Below the pieces are notes generated by a model, which saw only the letters and a list, made by a program, of their open reading frames with translations, was not told the DNA's origin and did not search any database. DNA of 64,000 bases from Thermoanaerobaculia bacterium. GTDB lineage: Bacteria; Acidobacteriota; Thermoanaerobaculia; Multivoradales; UBA5704. Position 1 is the stretch's first letter. Each line of letters begins with the position of its first letter. A program made the translations under genes and the position numbers. The DNA is taken from NCBI GenBank assembly GCA_036002325.1, contig DASYTJ010000038.1:10665-74664 (forward strand), in the 5' to 3' direction. Shown piece by piece: positions 56,530-64,000 of this stretch.

Positions 56530-57711
56530 TTAACGAGCCGGCCACGCCTTCTGCTGCGCCAGCGTCGCCTCCCAGTGCGCCTTGAGCTCGGCCATCGAGT
56601 CGCCGCCCAGCTTTTCGAGGAGCGCGTCGGCGAGCACCAGGGCCACCATGGCCTCGGCGATGACGCCGGCGGCGGGGAGGGCGGTGACGTCGCTGCGCTC
56701 GTACTGCGAGGCGTGCGGCTCCAGGGTGTCGAGGTCGACGCTCGGCAATCCCTTGCGCAGGGTGGAGATGGGCTTCTTGTAGGCAGTAAGGACGAGGTCC
56801 TCGCCGTTGGTGACGCCGCCTTCGAGTCCGCCGGCGCGGTTGGTGGGGCGCGTCCAGCGGCCGTCCGCCGAGCGCTCGATGGCGTCGTGGGCGGCGCTGC
56901 CGAAACCGCGGCAGGCTTCGAGGGCGGCGCCGATCTCCACCGCCTTCACCGCCGGCACGGAGAGGAGCGCCTGGGCGAGGCGGCCGTCGAGCTTCTCGTT
57001 CCATTGTACGTGGGAGCCGAGCCCCGCCGGCACGTTGTGAGCGATGACGGTCACCGCGCCCCCGAGCGTGTCTCCTTCCTCTTTGGCCTGCTCCACGAGA
57101 CGGACCATTTCCGGCTCCAGCGAGCGGTCGATGGCGCGCAGGGGCGAGGTCTCGTCGACCTGTTGGAGATCGTCCCAGGTGGGGACCGGCCGGCCGGCGC
57201 CGACGGAGCCCAGGAAGCGCACGCCGCTGCGGATCTCGACCCCGAACTCGGCGAGGAGCATGCGAGCGAAGGCGCCGGCCGCGACGCGGGCGGTGGTCTC
57301 GCGGGCGGAGGCCCGTTCGAGGATGTCGCGCAGGTCTTGCCGTTGATACTTGAGACCGCCGGCGAGGTCCGCGTGGCCCGGCCGCGGCGCCTTGAGCCGC
57401 CGGTTCTCGGCGAGCCGCGGATCGACCGCCTCCGGCCCCATCACGCCTTCCCAGTTGGCGTAGTCGCGGTTGGCGATCCACAGGACGATGGGGGAGCCGA
57501 GGGTTTCGCCGCCGCGCACGCCGCCGCGGATCTCGGCCGTGTCCTTCTCGATCTGCATCCGCCGGCCCCGCCCGAAGCCATGTTGACGGCGGGCCAGGTC
57601 GCGCGCGAGGAGGTCGAAGTCCACGCGAATTCCGGCGGGCATGCCCGTGAGGATCGCGGTGAGGCCGGGGCCGTGGCTCTCGCCGCCGGTGGTCAGCTCG
57701 AGCCGGCGCAT
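56530..57711 (-). CDS. aroC: chorismate synthase
   Basis: TTGGESHGPGLTAILTGMPAGI...RHQGFGRGRRMQIE...GGRSSARETxxRVAAGA-type motifs throughout. Confidence 0.95.
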   Translation of the reverse strand: MRRLELTTGGESHGPGLTAILTGMPAGIRVDFDLLARDLARRQHGFGRGRRMQIEKDTAEIRGGVRGGETLGSPIVLWIANRDYANWEGVMGPEAVDPRLAENRRLKAPRPGHADLAGGLKYQRQDLRDILERASARETTARVAAGAFARMLLAEFGVEIRSGVRFLGSVGAGRPVPTWDDLQQVDETSPLRAIDRSLEPEMVRLVEQAKEEGDTLGGAVTVIAHNVPAGLGSHVQWNEKLDGRLAQALLSVPAVKAVEIGAALEACRGFGSAAHDAIERSADGRWTRPTNRAGGLEGGVTNGEDLVLTAYKKPISTLRKGLPSVDLDTLEPHASQYERSDVTALPAAGVIAEAMVALVLADALLEKLGGDSMAELKAHWEATLAQQKAWPAR

Positions 57712-57712
57712 G

Positions 57713-59185
57713 TCAGCGTTCCCGCGCGAAGTCGATGAAACCGCGCTCGACGTCGGTCGAGATCAGGCGGACCCGCAAGCGGTCGCCGACGTCGAGCCCC
57801 TCGAAGCCCCGTTCGAGCCGGCCCTCGACGATCGGCCGCTGGCAGGTGCGCACCCAGGTGCCCTTCTCGGAGGCGCCGGTGACGACGGCTTCGAAGGTAT
57901 CGCCGATGCGGCCTTCGAGCAGCAGGGCCGCCGCTGCTTTCCGCACCTGCCGCTCGACCTTGTTGGCGGCGTCCTCCTGCCGCGTGCAATGTCGGGCGAG
58001 AGCCTCCAACTCGTCCATCGAGTAGGAGGCCGTCCTGCCTTCGAACGCCGCTTTGAGCAGGCGGTGGGTGATGAGGTCGGGGTAGCGGCGGTTCGGCGCC
58101 GTGGCGTGGGTGTAGTCCTTGACCGCCAGGCCGAAGTGGCCGGGAGGATCGCCCCCGGGCGGGTCGACGGCGTACTCGCCGGGCCCCAGCAGCTTGACGA
58201 CGGAGAGCGACAGCTCGGGAAAGCCCTGCGGATCGCTCTGCCGGCGCCCCTCCAGGAACTCGTGGAGGGCGCGGGCGTCCGGCTCCGCGGGCAGGTGGCC
58301 GCCGTAGCCCGCCGCCAGCGCGACGATGCGCGGCCAGCGCTTGGGGGTGCGCACTACGCGGCGCAGCGAGGGCAGACCGTGGGTGTCCAGGTACCGCGCC
58401 GTGACGCCGTTGGCGGCGATCATGAAGTCCTCGATCAGCTCCTTGGCGCGGTTCTTCCGTTCCTCCTTGAGATCGGTGACGACGCCGTCGACGAAGACGG
58501 GCCGCGCCTCGCTGGTCTCGAGGTCCAGGGCTCCCCGCTCGTGGCGCAGGCCGCGCAGGCGGGAGGCGGCGAGGTCCTGCAGCCGGACCTGGCTCTCGAT
58601 TCCCGGCACCTCGGCCATGCGCGGGGGCATCGGACCGCCGCCGTCGAGCCACGCGGCCACCGCGTCATAGGCGAGCTTGGCGCGGTTGCGCACCCGGGCC
58701 CGGTAGAGGTCCGCGGCGGCGATCGAGCCGTCACGGCTGACCGACATCTCGATGACCACGGCCAGGCGGTCCTCGCCATCGTTGAGCGACGTCAGGCCGG
58801 TCGACAGCCGCTCCGGGAGCATCGGAAACGTGCGGGCGGCGGTGTAGACCGAGGTGGTATTGACCCGCGCATGGGCGTCGATGGCCGAGCCGGTACGCAC
58901 CAGGGCGTCGACGTCGGCGATGGCGATGAGGACCCGGATAGCGTCTTCCGCCAGCGCTTCGACGACCTCGAGCTGGTCGAGATCGCGGGTGTCGTCGTTA
59001 TCGATGGAGGACCATAGGAGTTGTCGCAGGTCGCGGATGGAGGAGGCGCCGTCGTCGTGCGAATCCGGCCCGAGCCGCTCCGCCTCGGCAACCGCCGCCG
59101 GAGGGAAGTCCGGCTCCAGGCCCCGCTCCTCCATGGCACGGCGGGCGATCGCCTGGAGATCGTGACGGTGCCGGCCGGGACGCAT
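57713..59185 (-). CDS. RNB-domain exoribonuclease (RNase II/R family, short form)
   Basis: DIDNDDTRDLDQLEV...IADVDALV (RNB catalytic Asp cluster), ...YTHATAPNRRYPDLITHR (RNB C-terminal motif). Confidence 0.8.
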   Translation of the reverse strand: MRPGRHRHDLQAIARRAMEERGLEPDFPPAAVAEAERLGPDSHDDGASSIRDLRQLLWSSIDNDDTRDLDQLEVVEALAEDAIRVLIAIADVDALVRTGSAIDAHARVNTTSVYTAARTFPMLPERLSTGLTSLNDGEDRLAVVIEMSVSRDGSIAAADLYRARVRNRAKLAYDAVAAWLDGGGPMPPRMAEVPGIESQVRLQDLAASRLRGLRHERGALDLETSEARPVFVDGVVTDLKEERKNRAKELIEDFMIAANGVTARYLDTHGLPSLRRVVRTPKRWPRIVALAAGYGGHLPAEPDARALHEFLEGRRQSDPQGFPELSLSVVKLLGPGEYAVDPPGGDPPGHFGLAVKDYTHATAPNRRYPDLITHRLLKAAFEGRTASYSMDELEALARHCTRQEDAANKVERQVRKAAAALLLEGRIGDTFEAVVTGASEKGTWVRTCQRPIVEGRLERGFEGLDVGDRLRVRLISTDVERGFIDFARER

Positions 59186-59240
59186 GGGGGGAGGATATCA
59201 GGGGCTTTGTCCAATGGCGCGCAGGCCATGTAGGCGGCAC

Positions 59241-59290
59241 GTCCTGCGAAACCTCACCCCCTGGCCCCCTCTCCAGCGGAGCTGGAGAGG
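59241..59290 (-). repeat. REP-like dispersed repeat, copy D (reverse orientation) plus CCTCTCCAGC-GGA-GCTGGAGAGG hairpin; intergenic terminator-like element
   Basis: ACCTCACCCCCTGGCCCCCTCTCC is the reverse complement of the 24-bp GGAGAGGGGGCCAGGGGGTGAGGT core. Confidence 0.65.
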
Positions 59291-59303
59291 GGAACGAGAA
59301 GGT

Positions 59304-60053
59304 CTATCCCGCGTACTTCGGCAGGTCCGAGGCGGCCTTGGCGGCGTAGGAGTAGAGGAAGGTCCCGCCCTTGATGGTGTCGATCACGGCCGGAGCGATC
59401 TTCTCGGAGAGCGCCGGGCAGCCCCAGCTCCGGCCCAGCCGGCCCTGGCTGCGCGCTTGCTCCGGGCTCACGTACCAGGCGCCGTGCATGACGATATGGC
59501 GCTCCGCGGCGAGGTCGTTGAGGCCCTTGTCGAGCCCCTGGAGCTTGAGCGAGTAGCCGTTACCGCCCCGGTAGGTGCCGCCCGTCAGGAAGAGGCCGAG
59601 GCTGGTCTGCCGGCTGTTCATCTCATTCGAGAAACGGGTGGCGTAGTTGGCGCCGCTGCCGGAGCCGTGCGCCACCAACTCGTGGAAGAGCACCTTGCCG
59701 CGCGCGATGTCGAGCACCCACAGCCGGGGCTCGGTCGAGGGCAGGGAATAATCGATGATGGTCAGCAGGTCATCCTGCCCGGCGATGCCGCGGGCGCGGG
59801 CGCTGGCGACTGCGTCGAGCGCCATCGTGAGGACCTGCGGCGACAACCCGGCCACGCCGTGCGCGAAGGCGGTGGTCGCCGACGGTGCGGCTTTCTCGGC
59901 CTGCGGTGCCGGAACCGCCTTGGGAATGGAAGCGGGAACCACTCTGGGCGTCGGGGCGGCGACGGCCGCGGGCGTCTCGGGAATATTGGCCAGCGGGCTT
60001 ACCGCGGCAAGGGCCAGGAGGATGACGGGCAGGCGCAGCTTCTTTGGCGTCAT
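59304..60053 (-). CDS. secreted L,D-transpeptidase catalytic-domain-like protein (YkuD_2-like)
   Basis: Signal peptide. HGAWYVSPEQARSQGRLGRSWGCPAL fits the H..(S/T)xGC L,D-transpeptidase catalytic motif. Confidence 0.55.
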   Translation of the reverse strand: MTPKKLRLPVILLALAAVSPLANIPETPAAVAAPTPRVVPASIPKAVPAPQAEKAAPSATTAFAHGVAGLSPQVLTMALDAVASARARGIAGQDDLLTIIDYSLPSTEPRLWVLDIARGKVLFHELVAHGSGSGANYATRFSNEMNSRQTSLGLFLTGGTYRGGNGYSLKLQGLDKGLNDLAAERHIVMHGAWYVSPEQARSQGRLGRSWGCPALSEKIAPAVIDTIKGGTFLYSYAAKAASDLPKYAG

Positions 60054-60213
60054 GCGAAATAAAATCTCCTAGATGTCATACGTGCCTTCGCAAGGCGCGT
60101 CGGAATCGACCGGATTTGTCTGTCCACTCCTACAACCCAGCCGCGAGAGTCGAAATTTCCCGGAATAAGGACCTCCTGAGTGTAAATCCTGCCAGAGGCG
60201 AACGGCAACCCCT

Positions 60214-60645
60214 TTATTCCAGGGGGCCGCCGCTCAGGCGCAGAAAGGGCTCGCGGAGCGCCTCCGGGGTCCTGCACGGGCGGCCGCTGGCCTTGTCGAT
60301 CCAGACGTGCTCGGTGGTCCCGGTGACCAGCTTCGCCTCGCCGTTGCGGACCTCGTAGGCGAAGCGCAGGCCGCGGCTCCCCAGCCGCTCCAGCCAGCAG
60401 CCGACGCGGACCACGTCGCCATAGCGGGCGGGCCGGTGATAGCGCACCTCGACGCCGGTGACCATCAGCAGGTAGCCGGAGCGCTCGATGTCGGCGTAGT
60501 GGAAGCCGGAGAGCGAGCACAGCCGCGTGCGCGCCAGCTCGAACCAGACGACGTAGTTGGCGTGATGGACGACGCCCATCTGGTCCGTTTCGGCATAGCG
60601 GACCTCGACGTCCATCTCGGAGCGGATGGGTTGGCGGTCGGGCAT
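60214..60645 (-). CDS. acyl-CoA thioester hydrolase (4HBT/YbgC-like hotdog fold)
   Basis: VEVRYAETDQMGVVHHANYVVWFELARTRLCSLSGFHY... pattern. Start ATG 60645; an alternative start at 60672 gives a 4-bp overlap with the upstream GT2 gene. The long ORF-track frame to 60918 is rejected. Confidence 0.8.
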   Translation of the reverse strand: MPDRQPIRSEMDVEVRYAETDQMGVVHHANYVVWFELARTRLCSLSGFHYADIERSGYLLMVTGVEVRYHRPARYGDVVRVGCWLERLGSRGLRFAYEVRNGEAKLVTGTTEHVWIDKASGRPCRTPEALREPFLRLSGGPLE

Positions 60646-60658
60646 CGGCAGGCTCTCT

Positions 60659-61369
60659 TCAGTCGCGGACATGGCGGGCGACGGTCCATAGGATCTTGTA
60701 GCCGGCCCGGAGGGTGCCGGAAACCGTGCCGGTGATCTTGGAGACGCCGACGCGGTGGCGGTAGGAGACGGGAACCTCGGTACAGCGCAGACCCCGGCGC
60801 ACGGCTTTGACCTGCATCTCGGCCGTCCAGCCGAAATCGGGATCCGACATCTCCAGGCGCTCCAGGGCGTCCCAGCGGACGGCGCGGAACGGACCGAGAT
60901 CGGTGAAGCGGTGGCCATAGAAGAGCAGGATCAGCAGGCAGGCGACGAGGTTGCCGGCCCGCGCCTGCGGCAGGAGCGCTCCCCGCTCGCGCTTCCCGAG
61001 GACCCGCGAGCCGATGACCAGGTCGGCTTCGCCGGCCAGGATCGGCGTCACCAGCGAGGGCAGCTCGTCGGGATGGTCCGAGTAGTCGGCGTCGACGAAC
61101 ACGACGGCGTCCGGCGGACCCGTCCGGCGCAGATGGTCGAGGCCGGCCAGGCACGCGCTGCCATATCCGCGGCGAGGCGCGGTCACCACCTCCGCGCCGC
61201 CTTCCCGGGCGACGCGGGCCGTGCCGTCGGTCGAGCCGTTGTCGGCCACCACGATCCGGCGTACCGGCGGCCGCGGAAGGTCCGCCAGCACCAGCGGCAG
61301 GGAGCCTTCTTCGTTGAGGGCGGGAATGACCACGTCGATGGTGGGCGGGTGCTGAGGGCCTTTGGACAC
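60659..61369 (-). CDS. family 2 glycosyltransferase (polyprenol-phosphate sugar synthase/DPM1-like)
   Basis: IDVVIPALNEE...VVADNGSTDGTARVA...FVDADYSDHPDEL (DxD) GT-A signature. Confidence 0.85.
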   Translation of the reverse strand: MSKGPQHPPTIDVVIPALNEEGSLPLVLADLPRPPVRRIVVADNGSTDGTARVAREGGAEVVTAPRRGYGSACLAGLDHLRRTGPPDAVVFVDADYSDHPDELPSLVTPILAGEADLVIGSRVLGKRERGALLPQARAGNLVACLLILLFYGHRFTDLGPFRAVRWDALERLEMSDPDFGWTAEMQVKAVRRGLRCTEVPVSYRHRVGVSKITGTVSGTLRAGYKILWTVARHVRD

Positions 61370-61440
61370 CGGCAGATTTTATGCCATGCTCTTGCGCCCC
61401 GGCCTCAGGGGCCGGAGCGCTGTGGAAGAGGACGCAGGAC

Positions 61441-62013
61441 ATGAGTCTCCGCTTTACGATCGCCTCCATGATTCTGGCAGTGTTACCGGCTCTCGCCCTC
61501 GCCGCCGAGCCGGCGACGCCTGCGCCCGGCGAAACCTTCCATCGGGTCGAGCTGAAGCCCACCGCAGGTCAGGGCAATCCGCTCCCCTACACGATCGAGG
61601 TGCCGCAGGAGTGGCAGATGCGGCAGGTCGCCGAGTACCCCGGCCTGTGGATCGGACCGGCCGACGCCAAGCCGCCCGAGGACCCTCGTCTGATCTGGGT
61701 GCGCGGCAGCAAGGTCTCCATGGCCAACCCGGAAGAGGTCGTGGCTAATATCAAGGCCAACGACGCCGCTCAGGCCGGGTGGTCGGCGCCGCAGGTGGAG
61801 GTGAAGGAGGTGGGCGGAGTCCGCGGCGTGCTGGTGCGGATGGACTCTGGAGAAGCCGGCAAGGAGCGCAGCAGCCTCACGCTCAAGCTGCCGCTCGCGG
61901 GCATGGCGATCGATTTCATCGCCTCCGCCGACCGCAAGGAGTTCGAGCAGCGGCGGCCGCTCTACGAGCGCATCCTGTTCTCGGTGCGGCCGACTCAGCC
62001 GGCGAACCCTTAG
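61441..62013 (+). CDS. hypothetical secreted protein (190 aa)
   Basis: Signal peptide MSLRFTIASMILAVLPALALAA. No family recognised. Confidence 0.4.
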   Translation: MSLRFTIASMILAVLPALALAAEPATPAPGETFHRVELKPTAGQGNPLPYTIEVPQEWQMRQVAEYPGLWIGPADAKPPEDPRLIWVRGSKVSMANPEEVVANIKANDAAQAGWSAPQVEVKEVGGVRGVLVRMDSGEAGKERSSLTLKLPLAGMAIDFIASADRKEFEQRRPLYERILFSVRPTQPANP

Positions 62014-62018
62014 CCGCC

Positions 62019-62576
62019 ATGCCCCTCCATCCGTACCAGGGGCGGTGGCCGGTCCTGGGCGCCCGGGTGTTTCTGGCTCCGGGCGCGCACGTCGCCGGCG
62101 ACGTCACCCTCGGGGAGGACGTTTCCTTCTGGTTCCATACCGTGGCGCGCGGAGACGTCAACTCCATCCGGGTCGGCGCGCGGACGAACGTTCAGGACGG
62201 CACGGTGCTGCACGTGACCCACGTCCGGCATCCGCTGGTGATCGGCGCCGGGGTCGTCATCGGCCACCAGGCCGTGCTCCATGGCTGCACCGTCGAGGAC
62301 GGCGCGCTGATCGGCATCGGCGCCCGCGTGCTGGACGGAGCGGTGGTGGAGCGGGGCGCTCAGGTCGGTGCCGGCGCGGTGGTGGCGCCGGGGCACAGGG
62401 TGCCCGCCGGGCACCTGGCGTTGGGTATTCCGGCCCGGGTGGCGCGGCCCCTGACGGAGGAGGAGGCGTTGCGCATCGCGGACACCGTCGAGCGCTACGC
62501 GGCCCTGAAAGAGCACTACCGCGAGGTCCTGGGCTCCGGCACCTCGCGGACGGACGGAATGGAAAAGGAGACGTGA
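62019..62576 (+). CDS. gamma-class carbonic anhydrase / hexapeptide-repeat protein (YrdA/PaaY-like)
   Basis: Left-handed beta-helix hexapeptide repeats with conserved His (FWFHTVARGDVNSIRVGARTNVQDGTVLHV...HGCTVEDGALIGIGA). Confidence 0.8.
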   Translation: MPLHPYQGRWPVLGARVFLAPGAHVAGDVTLGEDVSFWFHTVARGDVNSIRVGARTNVQDGTVLHVTHVRHPLVIGAGVVIGHQAVLHGCTVEDGALIGIGARVLDGAVVERGAQVGAGAVVAPGHRVPAGHLALGIPARVARPLTEEEALRIADTVERYAALKEHYREVLGSGTSRTDGMEKET

Positions 62577-64000
62577 TGAAGCGCCGGGGAGCGGGGACCA
62601 TCCGAATCGAGGACGTGGGAAGCCGGGTGAAGCTGCAAGCCTGGGTGCAGCGCCGCCGCGATCACGGCGGCCTGATCTTCCTCGACCTGCGGGACCGCAG
62701 CGGCGTCGTCCAGGTGGTGTTGAGGCCCGAAGAGCGGCCGGAGCCGACCGAGGCGCTGGCGCCGGCCCGCGGCGAATGGGTGGTGGAAGTGGAGGGAGAG
62801 GTCGTGCGGCGCGAGCCCGAGCACGTCAACCGCGACCTGCCGACGGGCGAGGTCGAGGTGGTGGCCGAGCGGGCGGCGGTCCTCTCCCGCTCGGAGCCGC
62901 CGCCGTTCTCCCTCGACGGCAAGGCTGACACCGCCGAGGAGACGCGGCTGCGCTACCGCTTTCTCGACCTGCGCCGGCCCGAGCTGCAGAAGAACTTTCT
63001 GCTGCGCGCCCGGGTGACGAACGAGGTCCGCAACTACTTCCACGAGCTCGGCTTCATCGACGTCGAGACGCCGATCCTCACCAAGTCGACCCCCGAAGGC
63101 GCACGCGATTACCTGGTGCCCTCGCGCGTTCACCGGGGCAGCTTCTACGCCCTGCCGCAATCGCCGCAGCTCTTCAAGCAGATCCTGATGGTGGCCGGCT
63201 TTGAACGCTACATCCAGATCGCCCGCTGCTTCCGCGACGAGGATCTGCGGGCGGACCGCCAGCCCGAGTTCACGCAGATCGATGTCGAGATGTCCTTTCC
63301 CAGCGAGGAAGACGTCTACGAGCTGATCGAGGGCCTCTTCGCCCGGGTCTTCCCCTTGGCCGGCATCGAGCCGCCGTCGGTCTATCCGCGGATGAGCTAT
63401 GCCGAAGCCATGGCGCGCTACGGCAGCGACCGTCCCGACCTGCGCTTCGGTCTGCCGATCGTCGACCTCTCGGAGCGTCTGGGAGAGAGCGGCTTCCGCG
63501 GCTTCAAGGAGACGGTGGCCGCGGGCGGAGTGGTGCGGGGCTTCGCCGTGCCCGGCGCCGCCGAGGCCAGCCGCAAGGAGGTGGACGGCTGGGCCGACAT
63601 CGCCCGCCGAAGCGGCGCAGCCGGTGTGCTCACGCTACGGCGCAAGGGTGGGGAGATCGCCTTCCAGGTCAAGAACGCGCTCACCGATGCCGAGCTCCAG
63701 GGCGCCGCCGAGGCGCTCGGGCTGGAGGAGGGCGGCCTCGCGCTGCTGGTGGCCGCTCCGGCCCCTGTGGCCGCCACCGCGCTGGGTGCTCTCCGCCTGG
63801 AGCTGGCCAGGACCTACAAGCTGATCCCCGAAGGCAAGCACGCTTTCCTGTGGGTGACCGAGTTTCCCCTGCTCGAGTGGGACGAGGGGGAGGGCCGCTG
63901 GTTCGCCATGCACCACCCCTTCACCAGCCCCGACCCGCGGGACCTCGGCAAGCTGGAGAGCGATCCCGGCTCCGTCCGCGCCCGCGCCTACGACGTGGTG
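62576..64000 (+). CDS. aspS: aspartyl-tRNA synthetase (5' part; continues beyond the window)
   Basis: OB-fold N-terminus (VKLQAWVQRRRDHGGLIFLDLRDRSG), class II motifs (FYALPQSPQLFKQ, QIARCFRDEDLRADRQPEFTQID). ATGA overlap with the preceding gene; no stop before base 64000. Confidence 0.9.
   Translation, partial: MKRRGAGTIRIEDVGSRVKLQAWVQRRRDHGGLIFLDLRDRSGVVQVVLRPEERPEPTEALAPARGEWVVEVEGEVVRREPEHVNRDLPTGEVEVVAERAAVLSRSEPPPFSLDGKADTAEETRLRYRFLDLRRPELQKNFLLRARVTNEVRNYFHELGFIDVETPILTKSTPEGARDYLVPSRVHRGSFYALPQSPQLFKQILMVAGFERYIQIARCFRDEDLRADRQPEFTQIDVEMSFPSEEDVYELIEGLFARVFPLAGIEPPSVYPRMSYAEAMARYGSDRPDLRFGLPIVDLSERLGESGFRGFKETVAAGGVVRGFAVPGAAEASRKEVDGWADIARRSGAAGVLTLRRKGGEIAFQVKNALTDAELQGAAEALGLEEGGLALLVAAPAPVAATALGALRLELARTYKLIPEGKHAFLWVTEFPLLEWDEGEGRWFAMHHPFTSPDPRDLGKLESDPGSVRARAYDVV

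Noticed and set aside
60214-60918. 234-aa ORF as the full thioesterase gene
   Set aside because: Its first 90 codons overlap the GT2 gene on the same strand in another frame. The hotdog-fold domain begins at the internal ATG 60645 (or 60672).

Overview
High-GC (~68-70%) Gram-negative chromosomal segment, best guess Acidobacteriota-like; no rRNA, tRNA, CRISPR array or transposase/integrase gene was recognised. Most of the window is conserved core genes with clear family assignments. Read left to right these are ribH-nusB, leuS-lptE, rpsT, a complete tol-pal cluster (tolQ-tolR-TonB_C/TolA-like-tolB-pal-ybgF), then an ~21 kb run of + strand genes (SDR, glutaredoxin-like, etfB-etfA, a fused lysC-lysA, a putative sensor membrane protein, a PP2C phosphatase, an M14 peptidase, murJ, a MASE1 hybrid histidine kinase, a BNR/Asp-box protein). 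At the right edge sits a - strand operon (RNB ribonuclease-aroC-marR-Omp85-like-GT39-like), followed by an L,D-transpeptidase-like gene, a thioesterase, a GT2, a gamma-carbonic-anhydrase-like gene and the 5' end of aspS. The accessory-looking parts are: (1) a low-GC gene for 5 FN3 domains fused to a clan GH-A glycoside hydrolase, bracketed by ~35-bp direct hairpin repeats. (2) A decayed locus (about 35.9-37.4 kb) holding a histidine-kinase ATPase fragment, an outer-membrane-protein C-terminal remnant and a CHASE3-only sensor stump. (3) A higB-higA toxin-antitoxin pair collinear with a REC-DUF4388 response regulator. (4) Three CRTAC1-type (FG-GAP/ASPIC-UnbV) proteins and a TPR protein in a row. 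(5) A low-GC gene for a Sec-secreted 7-Cys peptide. (6) Two Omp85-like paralogues separated by a ~620-bp array of ~120-bp tandem repeats built from alternating inverted copies of a GTCAGATGGGGG-like motif. (7) A dispersed GGAGAGGGGGCCAGGGGGTGAGG REP-like element with 4 copies. Of these, the tandem inverted-motif array, the REP-like family, the Cys-rich peptide and the repeat-flanked FN3-GH cassette are the strongest candidates for previously undescribed biology. All functional calls come from reading the translated ORFs against remembered family signatures; no database search was run.
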